Notes under the pieces: generated by a model | The model's database searches: none | Told to the model about the DNA's origin: nothing | Seen by the model: the letters and a program-made list of their open reading frames with translations, nothing else | Program-made: the position numbers and the translations under genes | Shown here: positions 19,919 to 30,786 of the stretch, piece by piece | How the letters are laid out: every line of letters begins with the position of its first letter | Numbering within the stretch: position 1 is the stretch's first letter | DNA from: an uncultured delta proteobacterium | Lineage (GTDB): Bacteria > Desulfobacterota > Binatia > UBA9968 | NCBI GenBank assembly: GCA_963737905.1 | Contig: CAVTUQ010000009.1 | Location: 192,001-256,000 of the forward strand | DNA length: 64,000 nucleotides | Direction: 5' to 3'

Positions 19919-22900
19919 TTAACCTCGGCCCCCAGGTGGTCCGTCTGCGACCCGCGCCGCATTGTCGCACGCGGATTTTGAGCTATTCACTGCGGGTTGA
20001 GCCGGCCAAACACTTTATCAACTGGCAACAAGATCCCCAGGCGAATTATCTCGCTCGCCTGGTATTTCCCGAATCCACCCGCAAATTTCACGTCGAAGTC
20101 GATCTCGTCGCCGAGATGGCGGTCATCAACCCGTTCGATTTTTTCTTGGAACCCCACGCCGAGTATTATCCCTTCGAGTACGAGCCTTGGCAGCGGGTGG
20201 AGCTCGCGCCGTACTTCAGGCAGGAGCCGTTGACGCCGCTCTTCGATTGTTACTTGGCCGCGGTTTCGCGTGAGAAGATGCGCAGCGTCCCGTTTCTAGT
20301 CGAGCTCAACCGCCAGCTCGCCGGCGACATCGAATACCTGATCCGCATGGAGCCCGGCGTGCAGACGCCGGAAGAGACACTCACCAAACGGTCGGGCTCT
20401 TGCCGCGACTCGGGCTGGCTGCTCGTCCAACTGCTGCGCCGTCTTGGGCTCGCTGCGCGATTTGTCTCAGGCTATCTGATCCAACTCACCGCTGACGTCA
20501 AATCCCTTGACGGCCCGTCGGGGCCGGAAAAGGATTTCACTGATTTGCACGCCTGGGCCGAGGTGTATCTGCCGGGAGCCGGCTGGATCGGTCTTGACCC
20601 GACCTCCGGGTTATTCGCGGGCGAAGGTCATCTCCCGCTCTCCTGCACGCCTGAGCCGGCATCCGCCGCTCCGGTGACCGGCGCCATCGACGAGTGCGAG
20701 GTGGAGTTCTCTCACGAAATGACGGTCACGCGCATCTGGGAAGCGCCGCGGGTCACCAAGCCCTACACCGAAGAAGAGTGGCGGGCCATTGAGGAGCTGG
20801 GTCACGATGTCGATGCCGACCTTGCGGCTCGCGACGTGCGCCTGACCATGGGCGGGGAGCCGACGTTTGTTTCCATCGACGACCCCGACGGCGAAGAATG
20901 GAACACCGCGGCGCTGGGAACTGGCAAGCGCAGACTCGGTGCTGATCTCTATCAGCGTTTGCGCAAGCGCTACGGTGCGCAGGGCCTCGTCCATTTTGGC
21001 CAAGGCAAGTGGTATCCGGGCGAGCAACTGCCACGCTGGTCGCTCAACTGCTTTTGGCGTGCCGATGGCGAACCCATCTGGCGCGCCGAATCGCTGATCG
21101 CGGACGAGTCCCGGCCGGGCGACGCGACGGAAGCTACTGCGGCGGAGTTTCTGCGCGGCGTCGCCGAAAGGTTGGGACTCGACGCGCAGCACATATTCCC
21201 GGCCTATGAGGATGCTTATTATTTTCTATGGCGCGAGCGGCGATTGCCGGCCAACGTCGATCCTTTCGATTCCCGGCTCGACGATCCACTCGAACGCGAG
21301 CGCTTGGTGCGCGTATTCTCTCAAGGTCTCAAGCAGGTCGTCGGCTATGCCCTCCCGGTAACGCGGGACCCGGCGAGCGGACGCTGGCGCAGCGGATCTT
21401 GGTTTCTACGTAGCGAGCACTGTTATTTGGTCCCCGGCGACTCGCCTATGGGTTATCGTTTGCCGCTCGACTCTCTGCCGTGGGCTAAAGCCAGCGACTA
21501 TCCATACGTCTACCCGCCGGACCCCACGGTGCCGCTTCCGCCCCTTGTGAGCCATGCCGAATTCCGATTTCAGGTCGCCGCAAGGCGGTCCGCCGATCAG
21601 GCAACTTCAAGCGAGAGCCGTGCCGAGAGCGCCGGCTCGAAGCGGGACGGCTCCTTCGACCTGGCGCCGAGCCTCTTCGAGAGCGCGTCGTGGATCAACC
21701 GTTCGGCCATATGCGCGGAGCCAAGAAACGGAATTCTCTATGTTTTTATGCCGCCGATGGAATCGCTGGAGGATTACCTGGGACTCGTCGCCGCGATGGA
21801 AGCCACGGCGGAGGAGATGCGCCAACCCATTCTCTTTGAAGGCTACGAACCGCCGCGCGACCCGCGGCTAATTAATTTCCGGATCACTCCGGACCCCGGC
21901 GTGATCGAAGTGAACATTCATCCGTCGCGGCGCTGGGACGAGTTGGTGGAGCATACGACTTTCCTGTACGAGGCCGCGCGGGAGTCGCGGTTGGCAACCG
22001 AGAAATTTATGATCGACGGCCGCCACACCGGCACCGGTGGCGGCAATCACTTTGCGCTCGGCGGCGCGACGCCCAACGACTCGCCCTGGCTGCGCCGTCC
22101 GGATCTCTTGCGGAGCCTGGTGAGCTACTGGCACAACCACCCTTCGCTCTCGTATATGTTTTCCGGGCTATTCATCGGCCCCACTTCGCAAGCCCCGCGT
22201 ATCGACGAGGCACGCAACGACTCGGTGAACGAAATCGAAGTCGCGTTCCGCGAGATGAAGCGCCAGACGCAGTCGGACACTGACCCCTGTCCACCTTGGC
22301 TCCTCGATCGACTGATGCGCCATCTGCTTATCGACGTCACCGGTAATACGCACCGTTCCGAGTTTTGCGTCGATAAGCTTTATTCGCCGGACAGTGCCAC
22401 CGGCCGCCTCGGGCTCCTTGAAATGCGTGCTTTCGAGATGCCGCCCCACGCGCGCATGAGCCTGACCCAGCAACTGCTGCTGCGCACTCTCGTCGCGCGT
22501 TTCTGGCGAGCGCCTTATGCGCCGGCGCGGCTGGCGCGCTGGGGCACCGAACTGCACGATCGCTTCCTACTGCCGCACTTTGTCTGGCTTGACTTCAATG
22601 ACGTGATCACTGAATTGAACGAGGCCGGCTACCGGTTCGAGGCGCGGTGGTTTACGCCACACTTCGAGTTTCGTTTTCCGAAATACGGCGACCTCTCGAC
22701 TCGCGGCATCGATCTCGAGTTGCGCGGCGCCCTGGAGCCCTGGCACGTGCTGGGCGAGGAAGGCGCCGTCGGCGGCACGGCGCGTTATGTCGACTCGTCC
22801 CTCGAGCGGCTACAACTTAAGGTGACCGGGCTGCCGCCGGATCGCTACACGATCACTTGCAATAGGGTACCGCTACCCTTACAGACTACGGGAAGCGTGG

Positions 22901-23214
22901 GGGAGTTTGTGGCGGGAGTGCGCTACCGCGCGTGGCAGCCGTCATCCGCTCTTCACCCGACCATCGCTGTGCACGCGCCGCTCACGTTTGACATTGTGGA
23001 CCGTTGGATGCACCGGAGCCTCGGCGGCTGCCAGTATCACGTTATGCACCCCGGTGGGCGCAGCTATGCGACGTTTCCGGTGAACGCCTTCGAGGCCGAA
23101 AGCCGCCGCTTGGCGCGCTTCTTCCGCATCGGCCACACGCCGGGGCAGATGGAGGTCGGCGAGCCCCGCATCGATCCCGAGTTTCCGTTTACCCTCGATC
23201 TGCGCAAGATCTAG
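19864..23214 (+). CDS. Transglutaminase-like domain fused to DUF2126 (putative amidoligase)
   Basis: Triad motifs GSCRDSGW, DLHAWAEVY, LDPTSG; then MGGEPTF, TPDPGVIEVN, GTGGGNH, GPTSQAPR.DE and GNTHRSEFC. Confidence 0.92.
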   Translation: MSIHVALHHVTQYYYDRLINLGPQVVRLRPAPHCRTRILSYSLRVEPAKHFINWQQDPQANYLARLVFPESTRKFHVEVDLVAEMAVINPFDFFLEPHAEYYPFEYEPWQRVELAPYFRQEPLTPLFDCYLAAVSREKMRSVPFLVELNRQLAGDIEYLIRMEPGVQTPEETLTKRSGSCRDSGWLLVQLLRRLGLAARFVSGYLIQLTADVKSLDGPSGPEKDFTDLHAWAEVYLPGAGWIGLDPTSGLFAGEGHLPLSCTPEPASAAPVTGAIDECEVEFSHEMTVTRIWEAPRVTKPYTEEEWRAIEELGHDVDADLAARDVRLTMGGEPTFVSIDDPDGEEWNTAALGTGKRRLGADLYQRLRKRYGAQGLVHFGQGKWYPGEQLPRWSLNCFWRADGEPIWRAESLIADESRPGDATEATAAEFLRGVAERLGLDAQHIFPAYEDAYYFLWRERRLPANVDPFDSRLDDPLERERLVRVFSQGLKQVVGYALPVTRDPASGRWRSGSWFLRSEHCYLVPGDSPMGYRLPLDSLPWAKASDYPYVYPPDPTVPLPPLVSHAEFRFQVAARRSADQATSSESRAESAGSKRDGSFDLAPSLFESASWINRSAICAEPRNGILYVFMPPMESLEDYLGLVAAMEATAEEMRQPILFEGYEPPRDPRLINFRITPDPGVIEVNIHPSRRWDELVEHTTFLYEAARESRLATEKFMIDGRHTGTGGGNHFALGGATPNDSPWLRRPDLLRSLVSYWHNHPSLSYMFSGLFIGPTSQAPRIDEARNDSVNEIEVAFREMKRQTQSDTDPCPPWLLDRLMRHLLIDVTGNTHRSEFCVDKLYSPDSATGRLGLLEMRAFEMPPHARMSLTQQLLLRTLVARFWRAPYAPARLARWGTELHDRFLLPHFVWLDFNDVITELNEAGYRFEARWFTPHFEFRFPKYGDLSTRGIDLELRGALEPWHVLGEEGAVGGTARYVDSSLERLQLKVTGLPPDRYTITCNRVPLPLQTTGSVGEFVAGVRYRAWQPSSALHPTIAVHAPLTFDIVDRWMHRSLGGCQYHVMHPGGRSYATFPVNAFEAESRRLARFFRIGHTPGQMEVGEPRIDPEFPFTLDLRKI

Positions 23215-23290
23215 GCGAAAGCACTATGAGCCAGCAATCACAGTGAACCGAGGAGTTAGCGTCGTTGAACGTTGAATAACCTTGAATTTT

Positions 23291-25825
23291 ATGCCACTGT
23301 CATCCTTCGCGAGTTACCTACCCCAGCCGGAACGTTACGACGAAGTCTTCGGCATGGATGGTCGCCCGCGCCCTCACTGGAAGCGGCTCGCGGAGGCGGC
23401 GGCGCGGGCAAGCCGCGCCGAGTTATCGCGTCGGGCAGGGACCATCCGTCACGCTGTGGATCAGGATGGTGTAACGTACAACATCTATGCCGATCCGAAG
23501 GGGGCCGACCGGCCTTGGGAAGTCGATCTGCTGCCATTGATCATCAGCACCGAGGAGTGGCGCTTTTTGGCGAAGGCGGTACAGCAGCGCGCTCGCCTCC
23601 TGAACGCCGTCCTTGCCGATCTCTATGGAGCGGGCCGCTTGCTTGCCGAAGGTTTGCTTCCACCTGCCATCATCCAAGGTCACCACAATTATCTCTGGCC
23701 TTGCCGCGGGCTGGAGCCACCCGGCGGTACTTTTCTCAATCTTTACGGTTGCGATCTGGCCCGCTCTCCCGACGGCCGCTGGTGGGTCATCGCCGACCGC
23801 ACGCAGGGTCCCTCCGGCGCGGGATACGCGGTGCAAAACCGGCTCATCGTTACGCCTATGTATGGACGGCTGTTCCGATCGCTCGGCGTGCAGCGGCTCG
23901 CCGGTTTTTTCCGCACCTTGCAACAGCGGTTGGCGGCTCTCGCCCCCACCGACGGCGAGGCGCCGCTCATCGCGCTCCTGACACCCGGGCCGTACAACGA
24001 AACATACTTCGAGCAGGTCTTCCTTGCTCGCTATCTGGGCTTTGCCCTCGTGGAAGGGTCGGACCTCACCATACGTGATAATAGAGTCTATTTGAAAACC
24101 CTCGAAGGTCTAAAGCGGGTGCACGTTCTGCTCCGCCGTCTCGACGACGAATACTGCGATCCATTGGCTCTGCGTACCGACTCTGCGCTCGGGGTGCCAG
24201 GGTTGCTTGGTGCCGTGCGTGCCGGAAATGTGGCCATCGCCAATGCTCTTGGCTCGGGGGTGCTGGAGACGCCCGCCTTGCCGGGTTTTCTCCCGGCAAT
24301 TTGCCAAACGCTGCTCGGCGAGCCCCTTGAGCTACCTTCCATTGCGACCTGGTGGTGTGGGGAAGCGCCGGCGCTCGAGCATGCGATCAAGCATCTCCCC
24401 GAGCTGGTCATCAAGCCGGCCTTTCCCTCCATGAAGCTTGAACCGACTTTTGGACATGTACTCGACGGCGCTGGCCGGGAAGCGATGGTTGAGAGAATAC
24501 GCGCGACGCCGCACGCCTTTGTGGCCCAGGAGTGGGTGCGCCTTTCCCAGGCGCCTACTTGGTCCAGCGAGCGCGAGCGATTCGAGCCGCGGGTGGTCGG
24601 ATTGCGGCTCTACGCGGTAGCCACCGCCACCGGCTACGACGTCATGCCCGGTGGACTCGCACGGGTCTCGCCCGAGACCAGCACCGAGGTTATCAGTATG
24701 CAGCGTGGCGGATCGAGCAAAGACACTTGGGTGCTGGACGGTGCCGCGACGGTGTATCAATCGCTACTGCAGCCCCGTCTCACCGCCCGAGACATCGTAC
24801 ACAGCGGTTTTTACTCTCCTTCGCGCGCGGTGGAGAATCTTTTCTGGATGGGACGTTACGCCGAGCGCGTCGAATCGGTTGGCCGTCTGCTGCGCGCCAC
24901 GGCTCTGCGGCTGGTCGAAAGCGACCCGTCAAACTCGGCAGGTGTCGAGGTGCTGACCGCTTTGTGCGAAAGCGCGCGGCTTGGCGAAATGTCGCCCGCG
25001 GCCACGACGCCATCTTCGACGAGGAAAAAAGCAAAAAAAACAGTAAACGGCGGCGACGATTGGTTGCTGGCGGCCGTCGGGGATCCGCGAGTCGCAAACG
25101 GTGTTCCGGCTAACACGGCGCGCCTGCTCTACTGCGCGACCCAACTTCGGGATCGAATTTCGCTCGACAACTGGCATACCGTTCAACGTCTTGCTCATGC
25201 GCACGAGCCCGCGCCAAAGGATATCGAAGCCGCCTTGACGATTATCGATCAAGTATTGCCTGCCTGCACCGCCCTTGCGGGCTACGCATTCGATGATATG
25301 ACGCGAGACGATGCCTGGCGATTCCTGGCGACGGGACGCCGCTTGGAGCGTATGGCCTTCCTGGCATCGGTGGTCGCCCAGGTCTTGGCGCGGCCGGAGG
25401 AGGAACGCGAGGCGGCGCTCGGCGCGCTCCTCGAAATAGGTAACATCATCATCACCTATCGCGCGCGCTACCAGCGGCAGCCTGAACTCCTTCCGGTCGT
25501 CGATCTTCTGGTCAAAGACGAGTCGAATCCTCACGCGGTCTGCTTCCAGCTCGCGCTGCTCAGCCGGGAAGTTCACGAGTTCGAAGCTCGACTGGGTTTC
25601 CGCCCGATCAACAATCCACTTCCATTGCTCCACTCCCTTCGGCTGTTCGACTTGGCCGAGTTCGATAACCATCGTCTGTCCCATGGCGAGCCGGAGCGAT
25701 TCGGCGAGTCCCTCGCCACGATGCTCAGGGCGTGCGAGCGCCTTGCCCACGGGCTTTCCGACGAGTTGTCGCAGCGTTTCTTCGTGCACGCGGGAGAGCG
25801 ACCACAAGCGAGTGTGGCGGCATGA
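23291..25825 (+). CDS. Circularly permuted ATP-grasp type 2 protein fused to an alpha-E (DUF403) domain
   Basis: DRTQGPSGAGY, LTPGPYNETYFE, NALGSGVLE, MPGGLAR, GGSSKDTWV; alpha-E LFWMGRYAERVE and GRRLER. Confidence 0.92.
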   Translation: MPLSSFASYLPQPERYDEVFGMDGRPRPHWKRLAEAAARASRAELSRRAGTIRHAVDQDGVTYNIYADPKGADRPWEVDLLPLIISTEEWRFLAKAVQQRARLLNAVLADLYGAGRLLAEGLLPPAIIQGHHNYLWPCRGLEPPGGTFLNLYGCDLARSPDGRWWVIADRTQGPSGAGYAVQNRLIVTPMYGRLFRSLGVQRLAGFFRTLQQRLAALAPTDGEAPLIALLTPGPYNETYFEQVFLARYLGFALVEGSDLTIRDNRVYLKTLEGLKRVHVLLRRLDDEYCDPLALRTDSALGVPGLLGAVRAGNVAIANALGSGVLETPALPGFLPAICQTLLGEPLELPSIATWWCGEAPALEHAIKHLPELVIKPAFPSMKLEPTFGHVLDGAGREAMVERIRATPHAFVAQEWVRLSQAPTWSSERERFEPRVVGLRLYAVATATGYDVMPGGLARVSPETSTEVISMQRGGSSKDTWVLDGAATVYQSLLQPRLTARDIVHSGFYSPSRAVENLFWMGRYAERVESVGRLLRATALRLVESDPSNSAGVEVLTALCESARLGEMSPAATTPSSTRKKAKKTVNGGDDWLLAAVGDPRVANGVPANTARLLYCATQLRDRISLDNWHTVQRLAHAHEPAPKDIEAALTIIDQVLPACTALAGYAFDDMTRDDAWRFLATGRRLERMAFLASVVAQVLARPEEEREAALGALLEIGNIIITYRARYQRQPELLPVVDLLVKDESNPHAVCFQLALLSREVHEFEARLGFRPINNPLPLLHSLRLFDLAEFDNHRLSHGEPERFGESLATMLRACERLAHGLSDELSQRFFVHAGERPQASVAA

Positions 25826-26728
25826 GCGCGAGCAGTGTGCGTTGTTACCGGGTCGATGCATCGGACCACCTATCGGTATTCAGAGCCGGTGACCCTTTCT
25901 CATCAGCAGCTCCACCTGACCCCGCGCCTGCTCGCTTACCAGCGCACCCGTGTGCACGAGGTGGCCATCACGCCGCCGCCGACCTATCGCCGGGAGCGCA
26001 CAGACGCTTTCGGCAATCCGGTGACCGACATGGCCATTGAGGCGCCCCATACCACGCTTGAGATTGTTGGCCGTTCGGTCATCGAAGTTGGCGGACGAGA
26101 ACCTCCCGAGGCCGATAAAACAGTGGCCTGGGAAACCGTCCGCGAAGCGCTTGCTTATCGCGCCGGCTGGCGCCCGGACCCTGAGGCGCTCGAAGCCACA
26201 CGGTTTCTCTTCGAATCGCCCCATGCGCGCGTAAAAAGGGACCTACGAGCCTACGCGAGCGATTGCTTCAGGCCTGGACGTTCGGTGCTGGAGGCGGCCC
26301 AGGGGCTCATGGACAAAATCCATGGTGAGTTCAAGTTTGATCCTGAGGCAACGACCACCACAACCCCGGTCATGACGTTCTTCGAGCAAAAGCGCGGCGT
26401 GTGTCAGGACTTCACCCACTTTATGATTTCTTGCTTGCGTTCCACCGGGCTCCCCGCTCGTTACCTGAGCGGCTATCTCGTGCCGCGATCAACGTCGGGT
26501 AAACAACGGCCGGTGGGGGCGGAGGCCTCCCATGCGTGGGTGGCCGTGTTCGTTCCCGGCAGCGGCTGGGTCGAGCTCGATCCGACCAATAACGTGCTGC
26601 CGTCCTTGGGGCATATTACGTTGGGATGGGGCCGCGATTTCTCCGATGTGACGCCGTTACGCGGTGTCATCAATGGCGGCGGAGAGCAGAGGCTTACGGT
26701 AAAAGTGACCATCGAGTTGGATGAGTAA
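25822..26728 (+). CDS. Transglutaminase-like protein
   Basis: GVCQDFTH, ARYLSGYL, SHAWVAV, LDPTN, GRDFSDVTP. ATG 25822 overlaps the previous stop (ATGA); frameshift near 25855. Confidence 0.9.
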
Positions 26729-26759
26729 GGAACGGAGTAGCGGAGTACTGGATTATCAA

Positions 26760-27491
26760 TCACTCCTGTGTCAGCGCCATAATAATGTCGGCGTACCAGG
26801 CGCAGTTGAGGTTTAGCCGTTCGTCCTGCTCGATGTCGCGGTTGGTCACGTCCATCCGAGCCGCATGGACGCCCAAAAGCATCCATGGCAAGTCTCCACG
26901 ACCCGACCGTTCCCCGGTCTGACGCGTCACCACCGGCGCGCCGCTGGTGCCGCGGTGCATCCGCGCGTCGGTCAGGAAGTAGCCCTGACCTTGAAAGCGG
27001 AGGCCAAACGCCGAGGCGATGACCGCTTGTCTTACCACCGGCAGATGATGCAGCGTGTCATGAAAGCCCAGCGGGAAACCGACGATGAGCACCCGCGTGC
27101 CGACTTCGATCTCATCCAGCTCCTCTATCAGATGATTGGGCGTAAACGACTGAAGCAGGAGCTTGTCCGGTAGAGCGGTGCGCTCGAGCTCGAGAGCGAC
27201 GACGTCCACCGTGCCGGCTGGGTCGATACCCTCCCGCCACACCGGCTGGGTTCCTCGGTAAAGCGGGATGGCGAATCCGGTCGTTATCGCCACGTTTTCC
27301 GGATCGACATGCAGCTCAATTTCCAGCCGGTCGGGACGATGGTCGCTCGCCTCGTCCAGCACCACGTGTCGATTCGTTACGAGAAACAATCGACCCTCTC
27401 GCTCGAAGAAGAAGCCGGTGGCATTGGTCAGTTGTTGTTGTCCTAAAAAAGTAGAGACCCGGGTTACAGAAAGTAAGAGCGATTCAATCAC
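26760..27491 (-). CDS. Trypsin-like serine protease without signal peptide
   Basis: ATGFF, VTNRHV (His), DVVAL (Asp), GFPLG, GTSGAPV (Ser). Confidence 0.88.
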   Translation of the reverse strand: MIESLLLSVTRVSTFLGQQQLTNATGFFFEREGRLFLVTNRHVVLDEASDHRPDRLEIELHVDPENVAITTGFAIPLYRGTQPVWREGIDPAGTVDVVALELERTALPDKLLLQSFTPNHLIEELDEIEVGTRVLIVGFPLGFHDTLHHLPVVRQAVIASAFGLRFQGQGYFLTDARMHRGTSGAPVVTRQTGERSGRGDLPWMLLGVHAARMDVTNRDIEQDERLNLNCAWYADIIMALTQE

Positions 27492-27709
27492 GATCGATGT
27501 CCTAACATTCCATCATTCCAGACTTCGCTTCTCTGTCAACACTCTGAGGGTTGCCCGCTGGCCCGGACTATTCATGGACCGAGGAGCGGGCGGCTGCGCA
27601 ACATTCTTAGTAATTTCGTCCACATCCCAGAGACTAGAGAATTTTAACGCCCTGGGGCAATGGCTGGTTCGCTCAACAGGGTAACCGAATTTTTCCTGAT
27701 ACTTGTTTT

Positions 27710-28774
27710 TCATTTTCCCTCCGGAACCTCTCCTTTCCAGAGCTCCTTGAGAAAGCCGCTTTTTTCGAGATTCTCGACAAACGTGTTGTCAAAGACTTCG
27801 GCCGGTTTTTTTCTGATGCTCGTGCCTTCCTCGCGCGCAGTCTCGATAGTTTCTGCAACCAACTTCGGCGGAACGATCATACGCCGATTGACGAGTCTCA
27901 CGGCATAGGCGTCATAGGCAGATTGAAGGACCGCCGGGTCCTTTATGCTCAAGGTCTTGCCCACAGCGGCCATCGCCTGCTGCGGGTTTTTCTCCACAAA
28001 GTAAACCGTTTCGGCGAGGCCGGCTACGAACCTTTGCACCAGCAGGGGTTTCTCCTTCAATGTTCTGGAATTTGTGAAAACGGAGCTATAGATGAAGGGA
28101 AACCCAAGGTCGTTGAGGTGGTAGATCACATTGAAGCCATCCTTTCTGCCTTGGACATCCAGAGGCGGTTGGATGAGCGTGGCTTGGACGATGTCCTGCA
28201 ACAGAGCGCTATAGCGCTCTGTTGGCGTACCTCCGAGGGGACGCAACGTTACTTCTGTCTCCGTCAGGTTAGACTTTTTAAGAAACGCCCGCGCGAGCCG
28301 GTGAGGCAGATCTCCCGGACGCGTGACCCCGATACTCTTGCCTTTGAGATCCGCAGGCTTTTTTATGTCCCCTCGAGCCAGAACCACATAAGGCAGACCC
28401 ACAAGAGGCGAAGCGACCAGTTTGCCGTCGGCGCCAGTGGCGATCCGTACGATATTGGTGTCAGCGTTGCAGTAAAGGAACTGGATTTCGTTCGACGTCA
28501 AGGCAGCCATGGCCACGACGCCGCCCCGGAGCACGACATGTTCGACGTTGATGCCGTATTTATCAAACATGCGGTTGTTGAGCGCAGCGTACAGATGGAT
28601 AAAACCACCCGTGACTGCGCAGGTTCCCACGCGCGCCTTCACCACCGGTTCGCCCGGCTTGGCAAGGTAAGGGTTGGCATGCGCAAACTCTCCTTGCGCG
28701 CAGATCAACACAGTGACAAAGGTGAGCGCGATGAAGACATCTTTAGCTGGCCAGATATTTGGTAGTCGTTTCAT
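27710..28774 (-). CDS. ABC solute-binding protein, NMT1/SsuA-like
   Basis: Signal peptide, FDKYGINVE, DLKGKSIGV, C-terminal FDNTFVENLEKSGF. Confidence 0.85.
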   Translation of the reverse strand: MKRLPNIWPAKDVFIALTFVTVLICAQGEFAHANPYLAKPGEPVVKARVGTCAVTGGFIHLYAALNNRMFDKYGINVEHVVLRGGVVAMAALTSNEIQFLYCNADTNIVRIATGADGKLVASPLVGLPYVVLARGDIKKPADLKGKSIGVTRPGDLPHRLARAFLKKSNLTETEVTLRPLGGTPTERYSALLQDIVQATLIQPPLDVQGRKDGFNVIYHLNDLGFPFIYSSVFTNSRTLKEKPLLVQRFVAGLAETVYFVEKNPQQAMAAVGKTLSIKDPAVLQSAYDAYAVRLVNRRMIVPPKLVAETIETAREEGTSIRKKPAEVFDNTFVENLEKSGFLKELWKGEVPEGK

Positions 28775-29111
28775 CTAAAGAGATTTCCTTCTCGGAAAGA
28801 ATCGTCCTAACGATGCAAGTCGTCAATCCACTAGCCAAAGTTAATTCGCGGTGAAACTCGCCACAGCTATTACCATGATCGACTTTATTGCGATCACTAT
28901 CGCTTAGCAACAAAGAACGGATGCTGAATAAATTACGAGCGCGGTGATTGCGAGACTTTGTTTTTCACCTTCTAAATCCAAAATTTAAGAGTATCGAGAA
29001 GGTAGGAAATTACATGCACTGAAGGTTATGACCTTCAGAATTCACAAAACTCTTATCCCAATTTTCGCCCAAAAATTCAGCTCTAACGTAGGAAATCTAA
29101 CATCCAGCTCT

Positions 29112-29128
29112 TAGGCACAAGCTTTGCT
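29112..29128 (+). promoter_or_regulatory. Putative sigma54 (-24/-12) promoter TAGGCAC-AAGCT-TTGCT
   Basis: GGCAC-N5-TTGC with correct GG-N10-GC spacing, in an AT-rich 590-bp intergenic region about 235 bp upstream of the di-heme gene. Confidence 0.55.
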
Positions 29129-29363
29129 GGTTGTGACGAAGAAATCTAAAAAATTACGAACCGGAGTTTTCTCCGGTCGAGAAATTCCTATTTACATCGC
29201 CGGTGCGGCGACACGGTAAACCTTTGTCCTGTGCCTCCACGGTACCGTAAGAGCACGAGGCGCAACGCCCACGATTGCCAGTTTCATGTTTAAGGAACGT
29301 CATCAAGAAATCTTCGATACCTCGAGCCCAAGTCGAGATTTTTTCTAGAAAGGAAACACCATT

Positions 29364-30703
29364 GTGAAAAAAAAATTATTTGTGTCTTTGTTTTCTATCT
29401 TGGCGCTAGCCGGGTTTCTAATTGCAACCGCGTCATCCCAGTCGCGCCGCCAAAGCCACCGAGATAGATTCCGTCATAACGGCGTGATTGAAGACGAAGA
29501 TCGTTCCGCCTTTGGCGGCCGGAGAAGCGACGCTACTGAAGCGCCCACCGGCTTTGACAATATGACCAACGGTTTCGATGAACAGGGGCCGGATTTCGAG
29601 AGCTTGAATGAGGACACCGTCGTAGCGCTGCGCTCATTTAACGATAACCGGTTTATCTTCGAGGAAGTTGAAAAGATTCAAGACGGGCTTGGGCCCACGT
29701 ATAACGGGCAGAGCTGCAGGGAGTGCCATCAGAACGTCGTCACAGGAGGCGCCAGCCAGGTAGCGGAGCTTCGATCAGGACGCACGGAAGACGGCCAGTT
29801 CTTTGAATCTCTGGGCGGCACCCTTATCCATTCGCGGGCGACCTATCCCGACATCGTGGAGCAGATCACCGACGAGGATAACACCAGAACTTTCCGCATA
29901 TCGACAAACACCCTCGGCAGCGGCTTTGTAGAGGCTATCGCCAACAGCACACTGCTTGCGATCCGTGCAAAACAGCCTCAGGCGATGCGCGGCACGGCCG
30001 TTATGGTTCCGGTACTCGAAGCCAATAGCAACGCGCGTATCGGCCGTTTCGGGTGGAAAAGTCAGCATGCGACCCTCGAATCATTTTCCACCGACGCTTA
30101 CCTCAACGAAATGGGCATCACCACTCCGCTGTTAGCCGAAGAAAACACTTCTAATGGAAAATATGTGGGTTACGGTTCCGGTTATGATCCGGTTCCCGAG
30201 CCGGAGGACGACGGTGAAGATGTTGTGGCCTTCGCGAACTTCATGCGCTCGACGAAAGCCCCGGCGCGCGGGACCGACAACCGACGACGTTTTGGCCGGC
30301 GAAGCGTTGTTTAACAAGGTTGGGTGCGATACTTGCCATACGCCATCGATCACCACGGCCCGCGCGGGAGCGAAGATCAATGGCGGTGTCTTTGTTGTTC
30401 CAGAAGCTCTGGGTAACAAGATTATCCATCCTTACAGCGACTTCTTGTTGCACGACATCGGGACGGGCGACGGCATACCCGTTCTGCCGTTGCCGGAATA
30501 TGCAGCAACAGCGAATCAGATGCGGACGGCTCCGTTGTGGGCGCTCAGAACACGAAACCGCCTGATGCACGATGGTCAGTCGATGACCAAACGGGATGCC
30601 ATCCAGCGTCATGCCGGGCAGGCGGCGAACGTGACGCAATACATTCAACGCGCTCTCCGACGCGGAGAAGAACCAATTGGTAGCGTTCCTGAATTCGCTG
30701 TAA
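29364..30703 (+). CDS. Secreted di-heme oxidoreductase family protein (DUF1111/DHOR), frameshifted
   Basis: Signal peptide; DGLGPTYNGQSCRECH; GRFGWKSQ; CDTCH; YSDFLLHDIG; RTAPLW; LMHDG. Frameshifts near 30280 and 30640; ends LVAFLNSL-TAA at 30703. Confidence 0.85.
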
Positions 30704-30786
30704 CGGAGAGTATCGAGAGCGTTTCCTTGACACAGAAAGAACCGTCCGATAATGGCTAGGAAGAAACAAATTTCAGGAGAAATGCC

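Noticed and set aside
29210-29285. c-di-GMP-I riboswitch (GGTAAACC...GGCGCAA)
   Set aside because: Only fragments of the consensus; I could not build the GNRA tetraloop/receptor and P2 stem. An Infernal search would settle it.
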